DNA of 64,000 nt from a virus: the IMG/VR virus record IMGVR_UViG_3300025012_000066, positions 11,470 through 75,469 of that record; one strand, 5' to 3'. Under the pieces are notes generated by a model that was not told the origin of the DNA, did not search any database, and worked only from the letters and a program-made list of their open reading frames with translations. A program made the position numbers and the translations under genes. Shown here one piece after another: positions 49,773-61,470 of this stretch (within the stretch, counting starts at the first letter, position 1; every line of letters starts with the position of its first letter).

Positions 49773-50291
49773 TTAAATCTTCACCTTGTCGTATTTATAT
49801 TTCTTCTTATAGACACATTGATTCTTATGTGATAAACACCCATCACAATTCTTCTTGACAACAAAATCTATAGGTGAAAAACAGGAATTTTTATTCTTAT
49901 ATGGAATATACCCGTTAGCAATAACCTTGATTTCTTCATTGGATAATTCAATATCATCTTCTTGATTTTGACTTAATTCATTGTTTTCATCACTTACTAA
50001 TTCTGCTTCAAATTTCTCTAAACTCTGAAGGATAGTACCATTAATATCCTTCAATAGAGAATCATCCAAGGAAAATTTAATACAGTAATATTCAGTTTGA
50101 TTCTTGTGACTTCGTTTTGTAATAGTACACAACGTATTTCTATATTCCTCAATAATACCCTTGTATATAGCATCACTTCCTACATCAAAAGCATATTTAA
50201 ATTTAGTTGGTTCACTAGTCTCCTTATATTTATCCACTTTCTTAGGTTTACTAGTTTGATTTAGTAAAGATTTACTTGCCAAATTCTTCAC
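49773..50291 (-). CDS. Hypothetical protein
   Basis: TTGACT-17-TATAAT promoter at ~50343-50372. Confidence 0.55.
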   Translation of the reverse strand: MKNLASKSLLNQTSKPKKVDKYKETSEPTKFKYAFDVGSDAIYKGIIEEYRNTLCTITKRSHKNQTEYYCIKFSLDDSLLKDINGTILQSLEKFEAELVSDENNELSQNQEDDIELSNEEIKVIANGYIPYKNKNSCFSPIDFVVKKNCDGCLSHKNQCVYKKKYKYDKVKI

Positions 50292-51182
50292 ATCCTTTCG
50301 TTAACTCTGCACTACAATATATACACACACACCATATAAATTATTATACATTAATTACAGCACAGAGTCAATATAATTTTATTTCTTGCTTTATGTATAA
50401 TATTATCCCCCTAATATAAGCTAATATTGCACAAATCCAACAACATGCTCATCTTTCTCATTCAATAATTCATAAGCAACTTTAATAATTTGCCTTAATA
50501 TGATATCACACTCATTAAAATCCCTTCCCTCAAAATCAGCAGTCAAGAATCCTTTCATTCTATCATAGTGTTTTATCTCTAATTCCTTGTTTGAAAGAGT
50601 TTCCTTGTTTAAAATGTTTACATTATTTCTCATGATAATCATTCTCCTTTTAATTTATATTTATATTTTACTCTACTCCCAAGTATCTTCTTCAGGTAAA
50701 CTAATTGCAACAACTACTTCACCGCTACGATATAACTCTAAGATATGTCTACACATGTATTCTTTGCTAGGTTTTTGCCAATCAAAACAAATTACAATAT
50801 TGGCATTGTTAATTTTTAATTTAAATCCATTCCAATGTTCCTGTTTTTCTATTTCTGCATCAACAACAGATAATTTAGTGATAATTCCCAATTCTCCACC
50901 TGAATGAACAGATTCTATTTTAATTACCTTATTTAATGTTTTATTAATAAAATATTCTAAATCCATATGTATTCCTCCTAATAATTTTATTTTTTAATCT
51001 TTGATTTGATATTCAGGGCAATCTAAACTATTAAACACAACACCTTGAGTTAACCAACAATACTTTGAAAGTTCATATGTATTGGTTAATCCATGAATAC
51101 CTAAACACTTATTAATAGAATTATTTACATTATGTATACATTTAATTAATTTACAGTTCTGATTCATACTGATACCAACTTC

Positions 51183-51569
51183 CTACCAACTCTTATAATC
51201 AGTGAAATCAATTACAATATTACACTCTGGACATACACCTTTATATGTAGAACCTATTCCCGAACCATACTCAAACAATAATAAATGTCTTTTACACTTA
51301 TCACATTCTGCATAGATTCCTTGTGAATTCATTTCGTCAGTTTTGCCAATATAAGTGTACCCTTTTCTAATTAATCTCTTCTGTGCTTCTTTATCATATT
51401 GATCAGCTTGGAGTTGTGTAATTTGATTTTGAATTTCTTTAATATATGATTTACGTATGTCTCTTTTAATTCCCAATTCAAGAATTTCTTTTCTAATATT
51501 GTCTAACTCTTGATTGGATGATTCTAATTGCTCTTGTAATTGAGCAATTCGAATGTTTGTATCAAGCAT
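51183..51569 (-). CDS. Coiled-coil + zinc-ribbon protein
   Basis: CDKC...GSGIG...CPEC...DFTDYKSW. Confidence 0.55.
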   Translation of the reverse strand: MLDTNIRIAQLQEQLESSNQELDNIRKEILELGIKRDIRKSYIKEIQNQITQLQADQYDKEAQKRLIRKGYTYIGKTDEMNSQGIYAECDKCKRHLLLFEYGSGIGSTYKGVCPECNIVIDFTDYKSW

Positions 51570-51983
51570 TTTAGTTCACTCCTTTATAATTATTTTATCG
51601 CCTTCAATTCTAAAGCAACACGTTCTGAATGGCCCATTACTCTATATTTCTCAATATCAACAACTTTATAGTTTTTACTTTCATTTTTGATAGTTATTGT
51701 TTCACCATTTTTATAATTTGCATTTGATGTGTATGCTGTTACTACATCACCTTTAGCATTGTATAATAGAATATCCATTTAATTTTCCTCCTTTAAATAA
51801 TTTCAAATTCATTGTAATAATAAATTTCTGCTAAACCCCTTCTGGCATCAAGTTCAGATAGTTTGTATTCATTCATAAATTCTTCAACTAATTTGAAGTT
51901 TATTTTATCCATTGCTTGTAGGATGTAGTTTTCTTTGTTTGTGATCATTTGTGTGATTCTCCTTCCTTAATTAACATTAAATT

Positions 51984-52757
51984 TTATCTTTCATTTATCC
52001 ATCTCTCACAAAGACATTTACCACTTTTATAACTATCGCAAGGGATTACATTGCCATTCGATAAAACAACTAGCTTTTCTGTTCCTGCGGTACACTTGCC
52101 TTCTGAAAATGGTAACCCCAAACGAATTTTGTCTTGATATTTGAGTTGTAATTCATTGATTATCTTATTCAACTCTTCTTTATTTGGCAATAAAAATTCT
52201 TTGTCCGTTCCTCTACCGTGAAGAATGATTTTTAATAAACTAATCTTATTAACTCCAATGTTTACTAGTTCTATTACTGTATCAATTAATGTATGAAGAT
52301 TTAATGACATTGGAACAATATGTACTTCTGTATTTAAACCAATATCTAAGCAAAGTTTAATATTATTTAAAATAATATCGTGAGCATCTTTTTCTCCAAC
52401 TATTTGATCATATATGTCATTTTGATGACTGTAATAAGAAATTATAATATAGTCCAGGTCAATTATTTTTAGTGCTTTTAATTTTGTGTTTATATCGTCT
52501 ACATAAGTTGAGGTATATAACCGAACTTTAATTTTCTCACCTTTTAACCATTGAATAATACTTATAAAATTATCAGTTAATAATGGTTCTCCTCCACTTA
52601 AATTTACATATTGCGGTTTGTATTTTTGAACTATATTTTTAATTGTATTGATATCAAGAAATTCTTTTCCGTTAATATTTGAATTATTAGAACAATGAAC
52701 ACAGTCTAATTTACATTTATTTGTTAATTCAAAGGTTATTTCATTTATTTCGATCAA
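51984..52757 (-). CDS. Radical SAM protein with short Twitch/SPASM-like tail
   Basis: CKLDCVHC, SGGEP, CTAG...NGNVIPC. Confidence 0.88.
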   Translation of the reverse strand: MIEINEITFELTNKCKLDCVHCSNNSNINGKEFLDINTIKNIVQKYKPQYVNLSGGEPLLTDNFISIIQWLKGEKIKVRLYTSTYVDDINTKLKALKIIDLDYIIISYYSHQNDIYDQIVGEKDAHDIILNNIKLCLDIGLNTEVHIVPMSLNLHTLIDTVIELVNIGVNKISLLKIILHGRGTDKEFLLPNKEELNKIINELQLKYQDKIRLGLPFSEGKCTAGTEKLVVLSNGNVIPCDSYKSGKCLCERWINER

Positions 52758-52961
52758 CTTCTTTCTTAAAGACTATAACTTAAAATCTTCCACACGTTTT
52801 GTTCATCATTTCGCTCTTTGAAACCATCGACTTCTTCTTTATTGGTAGAGACCATTAGAATTCCATCTTTGTTTCCTTGGTGCGTATTATTAATAAGGAT
52901 ATACACCATAATTTTTTATATACACAAGTCTACCCCTTCTCAAATGAAATAGGTTTTTATT

Positions 52962-53294
52962 TTATTTCTTTACAGTTACATTATTCTTAATCCACAAAAC
53001 TTTTTCTTCTGTTGTGTTGCCAATAGATGCTCCAAAATGTTTTTCTATTTGATCTATCAAATTATGCTCAACTATATTTACTTTACTTAAATCAACATCT
53101 TGTCTATGCCATTTATTAACAATATTCCATAGTTCTTGTTTAATTTCACTTACTTCATTATTAATTGTAGTTAAAAAGTTAAGTGTTCTATTTTGTGCTT
53201 CTTTAAGAGAAATATTTTCTTCGTTGATAATTTGTTCAGAAAATTTCTTTATAATTGATTTTCTCAAATCAAAATTAAATAGTGATTGATTCAT
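52962..53294 (-). CDS. Small protein ending in a tail-fibre repeat motif
   Basis: NLIDQIEKHFG...EKVLWIKNNV matches both repeats in 8201..12436. Confidence 0.6.
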   Translation of the reverse strand: MNQSLFNFDLRKSIIKKFSEQIINEENISLKEAQNRTLNFLTTINNEVSEIKQELWNIVNKWHRQDVDLSKVNIVEHNLIDQIEKHFGASIGNTTEEKVLWIKNNVTVKK

Positions 53295-53406
53295 AATTCA
53301 CCTCCTTTAAAAGCATTATTTACTTTATATTCAACATTATATTTTCTTCCTAAGATGCGTTCTGTATCTTCTTGTATATTTAAACTCATTTAATCTTCCT
53401 TCTTTC

Positions 53407-54141
53407 TTATAAAATAATCCCAACCCTAAAATCAGCATAATAAGTAGTAGTTCCCTGTCGATTATCTTTACACCATTTATCCAACAATAATTGAAGTTCT
53501 TTTTGATCTTTATCAGATATATCATCCATAGCATCTTCATGTAAATCACTACAAGCATCTTCAATAATATTATAAGCATCCATAGATAATTCAATTGATT
53601 GTGTACTATAAACTCTTAATTCTTCACGACATATTGATTGGTCTGCTTCGCTTTCTTTATCTTCTATCCATTCTTCTAATTCTTCAACCATGAGATATTT
53701 ATCATAATTATCAATATAAATCATTGTGAAGTCGTTACACGCTTGTTCATAACTAATCTTTTTTGCTTTATTCCAAGTTTCTAAATCTTTATCATATCGT
53801 TCTTGAAGGCGTTCTAGGTTTGACTGTTTACAATCACATCTAGATGTACCTCTATTTAATATCTTTGCACAATGTAAACATTTACTTTGAACTCCATTAT
53901 AACAATGTCTGCATCCAACAATAGTTTGTTGTTTATATGGGAAATGAATTTTACTATTTTCGCCTTTGATTCCAAATGGATTATCATCTACTTGAAGTCC
54001 CGTTCCTCCACAATGAGAGCATATAACTTCATGTTCTTGTAAATCTTTTTGAAGCTTAAGATTGAATGATACATCAATTTGTTCAGTTCTTATCGGCATT
54101 TTATTTCTCCTTTCTTTCACTTTCAATTCTTTTAATAGCAT
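53407..54141 (-). CDS. Protein with DnaJ-like CxxCxGxG zinc finger
   Basis: CSHCGGTG, CRHCYNG, CLHC. Confidence 0.6.
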   Translation of the reverse strand: MLLKELKVKERRNKMPIRTEQIDVSFNLKLQKDLQEHEVICSHCGGTGLQVDDNPFGIKGENSKIHFPYKQQTIVGCRHCYNGVQSKCLHCAKILNRGTSRCDCKQSNLERLQERYDKDLETWNKAKKISYEQACNDFTMIYIDNYDKYLMVEELEEWIEDKESEADQSICREELRVYSTQSIELSMDAYNIIEDACSDLHEDAMDDISDKDQKELQLLLDKWCKDNRQGTTTYYADFRVGIIL

Positions 54142-54680
54142 CCAAAGTTTCTAATAAAGCTTTCTTATACCCTTTTGACCACGCATAGGTGCTTTCATTA
54201 TAGTAATCTATATTAATGGAGTTTATTTCATTAATTAACCATTCTTTTAATTCTTTCATTGTGAACTATTCTCCTTTCTTCTTTATGTCACCTCCCTTCT
54301 GTCAATTTTATTTTATGTTTATTTAGTTATAGTTCATCTCTGATAAAGGTTATGTAATCTGAAATCTGACAAATTTTACAAACAAATTGCTTATCTAAAA
54401 TCTCTTCATCATAATCTTTAATTCCTGTTGATTTATTAGGACAATAAAATTTACAGAATTGTTCTTTTAATTCCAATAATTTATCTTCCATTAATATTCC
54501 TCATCCAGTGCTAGTTTCCAGCATTCAGCACACATTGTATCATTACTTGCAATACATTTATTGTGTTGATTTTCTTTTAATCCTACAGCATTAGGGCATA
54601 CACCAAATAGATGACTAATTTTAGAATTAGGTTCTAATTGTAAATATTCTATTAATTTATCTTTTCCTGTCATTTGATCA

Positions 54681-54998
54681 TCACTCCTTAATAAATTCAA
54701 TAATATCTAACATTGCATATGTTCTTAGAGCATCTTTATCAACATCAAATACATCCATTAACCATTGGTTTTCTTTGTGAAAATCTGTATGCCCATAATA
54801 AACACTGACAGGAATAATAGTTCTGATTCCAATTTCACTTTCCCAATTTTTATATTTTACTTTGATTGATTTACTAGGATTATAATGAGGACATGAATCT
54901 TTATGATTTAATAAGCATCCTTCGCCAAATGGTTCTCCCCAATCAGGTGAATAGCAAACTCCACTGTCAAAATGTATGCATGGTTTCATTTCAAACAT
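54681..54998 (-). CDS. WYL-like small protein
   Basis: YKNW....R.I.P..VYYG...H...QWL...D.DKDA.RTYAM.DI. Confidence 0.55.
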   Translation of the reverse strand: MFEMKPCIHFDSGVCYSPDWGEPFGEGCLLNHKDSCPHYNPSKSIKVKYKNWESEIGIRTIIPVSVYYGHTDFHKENQWLMDVFDVDKDALRTYAMLDIIEFIKE

Positions 54999-55491
54999 TC
55001 TCCTTAATTAAATTTTCACATTCGTCCTAAAACGAAGAATGTAATTTAAACATATTTTGTTCTAATTCATCTAACCTTACACTAATTTCTTTATAATTAG
55101 TGTAAAATGATATATAGTTTTCTGTTGCATTATCTTCATTTACAAAGTCTGGATTTTGAACACAACCGCCTAATTTAGAAACTAGATATTCAATATTTTT
55201 AATTTCATTGAATAATTCTTCTGATTTTTGTGGATTTAATGTTTTCATTAATTTCATTCTCCTTTTTAATATAATTTACTACTTAATTCTTCTACAAGTT
55301 TATATATTGTTTTAATTTCTGTTAGATTTGCAAATTCCTCAAGTTTATCTTTAATATCATTTACTTGCATTTCTATATCATCTAGTACATCTATTGTCTC
55401 AGATAGTTCTACTTTATTATCTTCTGAACTATATTCTAATCTTTTTCTATATTCACTTACGGACATTTTTATATCAATTCCTTTCATATGT

Positions 55492-55968
55492 TTATTTCGA
55501 AGTATTACTTAAAGTAATCTCTATCTTAGTATCACTAATTAATTGCCTATACTTTACTCCTGCCATATTTAGAATAAATCTAGAAGCAATAGTTTGTTCC
55601 ATATCTTTATATTTGTCACTTAGGTATACAACTTCGGATATTCCAGATTGGACAATTGTTTTAGAACACTCGTTACAAGGAAATAATGTTGCATACAGAA
55701 TACATCCTTGAAGATCATTTTTACCGTACAAAATAGCATTAATTTCTGCATGTACTACATATAGATATTTCCCTTCTAATCCTTCTTTTGATTCCCAAGG
55801 CATTTCTGAATCATTGCATCTGTTCGGCATACCATTGTATCCAGTTGATATGATTCTATGATTTTTATCTACTATACATGCTCCTACTTGTGTTCTTGGA
55901 TCTTTACTACGCAATGATGATACATATGCTACGGACATGAAATAATCATCCCAATTTATTATTTGCAT
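55492..55968 (-). CDS. dCMP deaminase
   Basis: RSKDPRTQVGA, HAEINA, PCNEC. Confidence 0.92.
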   Translation of the reverse strand: MQIINWDDYFMSVAYVSSLRSKDPRTQVGACIVDKNHRIISTGYNGMPNRCNDSEMPWESKEGLEGKYLYVVHAEINAILYGKNDLQGCILYATLFPCNECSKTIVQSGISEVVYLSDKYKDMEQTIASRFILNMAGVKYRQLISDTKIEITLSNTSK

Positions 55969-56037
55969 TTTGTTTTGTTGTTCCTTTCTGGGAATGTAGA
56001 AGAGATATATTTCAACCTCTCCATTATTAAATTAATT

Positions 56038-56469
56038 TTACTTTCTACCTGTGCTTCCAATCCCATCTCTATCTTCATTATCAAGAAAATTAACCTCTTC
56101 AAATACTACTGTTGGCATTTTCTTTTGAATTCTAAATTGACAAATACGCTCATTAACTTTAATTTCTGTGTCTCTCAATGCATATGCAGGATATTTCCAA
56201 ATATCATTATTGCCTTTATATGATTCGTCAATTACTGCATGATGATTAGTTTGAATAATACCAAAGTTTTTATATGTACTAGAGCGAGGAACGATATATG
56301 CCTCATGCCCTTCAGGCAATTCCATTGACACCCCAAGAGATATTAATTTATATTCTCCTGCCTTGAGAGTGACATTTTCTGCTGATCTTAAGTCAAACCA
56401 ATCTGATTTACCTTCAATGTTTGTAATTTTATCAATTTCCTTTGAGTGGTATTTGATTTTAATATTCAT
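56038..56469 (-). CDS. dut: Trimeric dUTPase
   Basis: [25 protein letters not shown]. Confidence 0.9.
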   Translation of the reverse strand: MNIKIKYHSKEIDKITNIEGKSDWFDLRSAENVTLKAGEYKLISLGVSMELPEGHEAYIVPRSSTYKNFGIIQTNHHAVIDESYKGNNDIWKYPAYALRDTEIKVNERICQFRIQKKMPTVVFEEVNFLDNEDRDGIGSTGRK

Positions 56470-56487
56470 TTATTTATATTCCTCCAA

Positions 56488-57298
56488 TTAATTATTTTTT
56501 GATTTATTTTTAAATACAGTATTTACATCATTGTCTCTATTAACTAATGCACCAAAATATTTCACCTCTCCTTCTTGTCTTGCTTTTGCTGCATCTTCTA
56601 TATTTACACGATAACCTAAAAACTTCTTTTTGCCATTTAACTTTATATTTGCCATTTAACTTTATATTTGTTTCCCATTTATTCTTAGATTTATCCCAAG
56701 ATACTCCAGGAAAACCGGAAGTATTATTAGACTGTTTACCTTTATTTATTCCATTAATTTGATATGTTGTAATTTCAAGGTTATACTTTCTACAATTCTT
56801 TCTGTCTCTGTCTATATGATTTACAACCTTTGATTTATCTTCAGGAGGTTCAAAGTTCATTACGTAATTATGTAATCCACCTAATGTATGATTAGAAACG
56901 TATTTTTCTACGGTAAGATTCCATCTATGTATTTTACATTTATCTACATCTTCTAAATCAATTGGTGCTCTTGCCTCTTCAATTTGATTTTCATCATATA
57001 AGATTATTTCGGCATAATCATTATAACTAACAATTTCATTTAAATCTCTATTAGTTCTCTCTTTTATATAACCGTAAGTTTTCATTTGTTGGTAATGTCT
57101 ACTGCAATAATATTTATTGTCAATACAACCAACCCTATTATCACTACCACAAACCTCACAAACATGATTTATTTTATCCGGCAGTATCTCTCCGAACTTC
57201 CATAATTGCCAATAATGTCTTTTACATATATATTTATTAATTTTTTCATTAAATCTAACAAGGTGATTGCTATTACATATTTCACAAACTTTTTCTAT
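56488..57298 (-). pseudogene. HNH-AP2 homing endonuclease, frameshifted by a 19-bp duplication
   Basis: HIDR....NL, SNNTSGFPGVSW; duplication 56631-56668 breaks the AP2 domain; frame extends upstream to an ATA at 57298 with CxxC...CxxH repeats. Confidence 0.7.
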
Positions 57299-57328
57299 TT
57301 AATATCAACTCTTTCTATTTAATTATTT

Positions 57329-60040
57329 CTATCTTACTGGACATACTCCTGATTCACAACCATCATTTCCAATATCAAATTCAGTTTCAACTAGTTCATA
57401 TTTACTAATCAATGAAGGTATAAAAGTTTTCATTTCGCTAACTCTTTTATTATATTCTCCTTCTGTAATAGCTTCTTGTGGCATTAACTGATAAAAAGAA
57501 TCTGATAGAGATAAGAAACTTACAGCAACCACATCTTCCCAATTATTCCAAATCCAATCTTCTACTTGATTCCATTCATTATCACGAACAGTAACAGTAA
57601 TCGAAGCATTATGATCAACATAATTGTCCATAAACATTTTATAGTCTTCAAGTTGTTCTATAGCTGATACATCAAATTTTGTTTTTCCAATAGGTGATTT
57701 GACAGGAAACTCAATTACTTTTGTTGTGCATGTTTCAATATCCTGACCATTCTCAGGAAAGATTGGATAATTTAATTCTTCACAAACTTTAACTAAAGGA
57801 TCATGTGCATTAATTCTTACTCTTATGATATACCAAGGAGCTTGAGAATAATGAACTCCTGATGAAACTCCTGGGATTTTACTCAAAGTTCCTTCCGGCT
57901 TGACTGTAGTAATTAATAATGATACTGGTAATCCTAATTCTTGAGCATATGTATTAATTGTATCATGAGCTACTTTACGTAATTTTCTTAACAATTCAGC
58001 TTCTTCTATTTTAGTCATTCGAGTAGCATTGACCATATCTTGCCATCCAGTTAAAGAGCATCCAGTTAATCTATCTCTTTTTTGTACAGCATCCCATTTT
58101 GGAAGCTCTAGTTCTACACAAGTCATACGATATCCTGATCTTGCCGATAATCTTTGTGCTTCTAACAACGCTTCGATGTCTAATATTCCGTCTATCACAA
58201 AAGCAAAAACATTTACAGTAGTTAAATTACAAAGTCCACAAGAGTCAAGTAAAATTTCAGCACAATTATGTGCAACTACATTTTCTACAATTCCCCAATT
58301 CGTTTCTGGTTCTGAAAAATCATAAACTTTCTGTTTTTCTAAAATATTAATTGATATTACTGTTGGATTTTTACCATAGTATGCTGACAAGTCTTTATTT
58401 AAAGAATCTTTTGCTTCACACTCTTTACCACTATCTAACATTAAAATATGATCTGGGGTACATTTTATAATTCTATTGTTGCTTAATTGTACTTCAACAA
58501 TATCTTTTTCTCCATTGCACCAAACTTTGCCATTTGATATATCACCATTTAGATTGACAATACTAACTTCTTTTCCATTTAACTCTTCAAATGTTCTATA
58601 TCCAGCCGAGGTTAAAAGATTCATATCACCAGTAAAACAAGGATTAACACCATTGAAATTTGGCCTACGTTTATTTCCTGCAATTTCATTAACAAATGCT
58701 GGTTCTCCTGAATATCTCATTTGTTCAATTTGCCAATGAATTTGTTCTCTAGAAGGTTTTTCTTTATAATAAATAGAATTATTACTCATTTGCCTATGTG
58801 ATAATTCTGTATCTATTTCCCATTTTCCATTAATTGGTGATTGAGTATAAAGATTGCTTTTTGCTTTGATACATTCTTCATCATCTGAACCAATTAAAGA
58901 TATTTCGCTCGTTCTGCGAACTCCTCCGATTACTACATTTTCACCAATAGCGTTTAATATGTCCATGCAATTAATTGGTTTTAATTTGATTCTATCTTGT
59001 TCTTGACTTAATCCTTCTTTTTTAATTATTTTATCTACTTTAGCAAACATTGATTTTAAACTTTCATATCCAGAAGCAGTACCACCAAATGTTTTTAATC
59101 TTTCTCCTTTTGGTCTAACGTGATCATAAACAAATACAATGGTTTTAATATCAATAAAATCTTTATCCCACAACATTCTTAAAAAGTAATCTAATGCTTG
59201 AACCCATCCACCTTTACTATCTCCTACAATAATTTTCACCATATCATTGTTTGTAAATTGAATTGATGTACTATCTTCTCTTTTTGTACTAGGAACAGAA
59301 GAGTAATCTTTATGAATTACTTCTACATTAGTTTTTACTCTAGGAAGTTTTGATACATCATCTTTTAGAATACGAAATCCAAATCCAGAACCAATCATAA
59401 GTAGATAGAAAGCATCCTTAAATGCTTCAAAATTATCTATTACTGCAAACGAGCAGTTATAATTCGAAGTTGGGAATTTTTCTGAAACCAATGTACCACC
59501 TATGTATAAAGTCCTACCAGATAAAAATTGTCTAAGATAAAAGATATTATCATATAGTTTTTCTGCTTCTTCTTTATTTGTTGGTACTAAACTACAATTA
59601 TATTCTACTGCTCTTTTAACTGTTTCCCACCAATATTCTCTACGCTGTTCTTCAGGTAGATATCGACTATATGTACGATAATAGACAAAACTACCCAATT
59701 GTGTCATTGGTGAAGGTAAATGTTTATATTTACTTATAAACTCTTCACTGAGGAGTCCTTTTATTTTATTTTTTCGTACTTTATCTCTTTGATTGCGATA
59801 GATAATATATCTCTTTGCAACATCTTTTCTATTGCTTTCCATTAACATATCTTCAACAAAATTTTGAATATCTTCAACTGAGAATATATCTAATCCAATA
59901 GACTCAATTTTATTTGCAATGTCATGACTTAATTTAGTATCAATTCCTTCTTTTGTTTCAAGCATTGCTTTTTCAATTGCTCGAATAATACTATTTTTAT
60001 CAAATTCAACCAGTGTGCTATTTCTTTTCTGTACTTTCAA
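57329..60040 (-). CDS. nrdJ: Class II (B12-dependent) ribonucleotide reductase with ATP cone and mini-intein
   Basis: ATP cone; YNC, GGTASG, VIGGVRR, NPC[intein]CAEI, TTVKPEGT, C-terminal CESGVCPVR. Confidence 0.92.
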   Translation of the reverse strand: MKVQKRNSTLVEFDKNSIIRAIEKAMLETKEGIDTKLSHDIANKIESIGLDIFSVEDIQNFVEDMLMESNRKDVAKRYIIYRNQRDKVRKNKIKGLLSEEFISKYKHLPSPMTQLGSFVYYRTYSRYLPEEQRREYWWETVKRAVEYNCSLVPTNKEEAEKLYDNIFYLRQFLSGRTLYIGGTLVSEKFPTSNYNCSFAVIDNFEAFKDAFYLLMIGSGFGFRILKDDVSKLPRVKTNVEVIHKDYSSVPSTKREDSTSIQFTNNDMVKIIVGDSKGGWVQALDYFLRMLWDKDFIDIKTIVFVYDHVRPKGERLKTFGGTASGYESLKSMFAKVDKIIKKEGLSQEQDRIKLKPINCMDILNAIGENVVIGGVRRTSEISLIGSDDEECIKAKSNLYTQSPINGKWEIDTELSHRQMSNNSIYYKEKPSREQIHWQIEQMRYSGEPAFVNEIAGNKRRPNFNGVNPCFTGDMNLLTSAGYRTFEELNGKEVSIVNLNGDISNGKVWCNGEKDIVEVQLSNNRIIKCTPDHILMLDSGKECEAKDSLNKDLSAYYGKNPTVISINILEKQKVYDFSEPETNWGIVENVVAHNCAEILLDSCGLCNLTTVNVFAFVIDGILDIEALLEAQRLSARSGYRMTCVELELPKWDAVQKRDRLTGCSLTGWQDMVNATRMTKIEEAELLRKLRKVAHDTINTYAQELGLPVSLLITTVKPEGTLSKIPGVSSGVHYSQAPWYIIRVRINAHDPLVKVCEELNYPIFPENGQDIETCTTKVIEFPVKSPIGKTKFDVSAIEQLEDYKMFMDNYVDHNASITVTVRDNEWNQVEDWIWNNWEDVVAVSFLSLSDSFYQLMPQEAITEGEYNKRVSEMKTFIPSLISKYELVETEFDIGNDGCESGVCPVR
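58265..58639 (-). mobile_element. 125-aa mini-intein in the RNR active-site loop
   Basis: Starts CFTGD, block B CTPDH, block F VYD, ends VAHN followed by Cys; no endonuclease domain. Confidence 0.92.
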
Positions 60041-60741
60041 TTATGCATCCTCCAATATTTTTATTTTAGTATTTGTTAATCCAATCAAAAGATTATTTTA
60101 TTTGCTCAATCTTCAACAACAACCATACTCATTACTTTCTCAATAACCTCTAATTGCTCTACTGATTCAATAAATACACGAATATCTTCTTTTACCTTGC
60201 TTTCAACCATTTTCATCTTTTATCACCCCCTTCATTACATATCCCAATGCCTATTCTTTTTCAGAATCTCAATAACCTCACCTGCATATGGTTCATCAAT
60301 ATTAATAACTAAATACTGATTGCTAGGTTTTTTATTAAATTTAATTCTACTAACTCTAATATTTTTAAGAATCCTACTCAAATCAATACTATCTTGTTCT
60401 GATGCATGTTTGTATAAATCGTCTTGTTTTATGACTACGTATTTGTGAAAGTCAATACCATGTAAAGAAATATTATTTAAATTATTTATACAGATTGTTC
60501 ATCACCTTCTTTCCTCTGCCTAGTTATTTTTATTTATTATGTTGATTACTTATCTTGCTAAAATAGACAAACAACATAACACCTCTTGCGTCTATCATAA
60601 TAATCTTAACATGTTTATTAGACAGTCTACTGCTTTATAAGAATTTCCAATTGTGAAACATTTGACTTCCTTAATACGAAGTAATTTTTAAACATTGATA
60701 ACATCTATATTATGTTGACATTGTGATATATTAGACACTAA

Positions 60742-61470
60742 TTATTCTCCTTTATCATTTTCTTTTATATATCTGTATTCTCCATAATATCTTTCCTCCG
60801 CTTCTTTTCTAATTTCTACTGCTTTATAAAAATTATCAAAATAACCCAATCTGACAAGTTTTTTATTTAAGTGAATATGTACTTCCCAAACTTTTCTCTT
60901 TTTAAGCCACATAACACCAACACAACCAGATGTATTATTGCTTTGCATGCGTTTGTTTGTTAAATTATTTTGTTGCAAACATATTCTTAAATTTGACTTT
61001 CGATTATCATAAATCAAATGATCTATGTGATCAACAACTTCATTTTTATTTGGAGTGGTTAATAATCTATGCATTCTTTTCATTTTTTTATTTATAGTAG
61101 TAAGTATGTAACCTCTTTTATCCTCACGCCAACAATAATCTTTAATCCTATTATAATCTTCTAAATCAAAATAAAATTCTTTATTTGTGTTAGTTGTCCA
61201 TCCAATTCCGTAATCTTCGGTGTATAGATTATATGAGTTATATTTCTTATGTATTGTAGACAATAATTCACTTTTTAGACAACCACAAGACATACTCTTC
61301 TTTTGATTTAATCTATCTGCGTTAACTATTTTTAGTGTTTTCTTTTCGCATTGACATTCACATAACCATTGTACTTTACTTGCTCCATTTTTAGAAATAT
61401 GATTATCTGCTCTTTTCAGCACTTTCCAACGTCCTATAGTCTGACCAGTTAAATCTATTATATTTGCCAA
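60742..61470 (-). CDS. HNH-AP2 homing endonuclease
   Basis: DLTGQ.IGRW, WLCECQC, KSMSCGC, VDHID...DNRKSNL, NTSGCVGV. Confidence 0.85.
   Translation of the reverse strand: MANIIDLTGQTIGRWKVLKRADNHISKNGASKVQWLCECQCEKKTLKIVNADRLNQKKSMSCGCLKSELLSTIHKKYNSYNLYTEDYGIGWTTNTNKEFYFDLEDYNRIKDYCWREDKRGYILTTINKKMKRMHRLLTTPNKNEVVDHIDHLIYDNRKSNLRICLQQNNLTNKRMQSNNTSGCVGVMWLKKRKVWEVHIHLNKKLVRLGYFDNFYKAVEIRKEAEERYYGEYRYIKENDKGE

Noticed and set aside
51984-52911. RiPP cluster around the radical SAM gene
   Set aside because: The upstream ~47-aa ORF has no precursor-like features; no transporter or protease nearby
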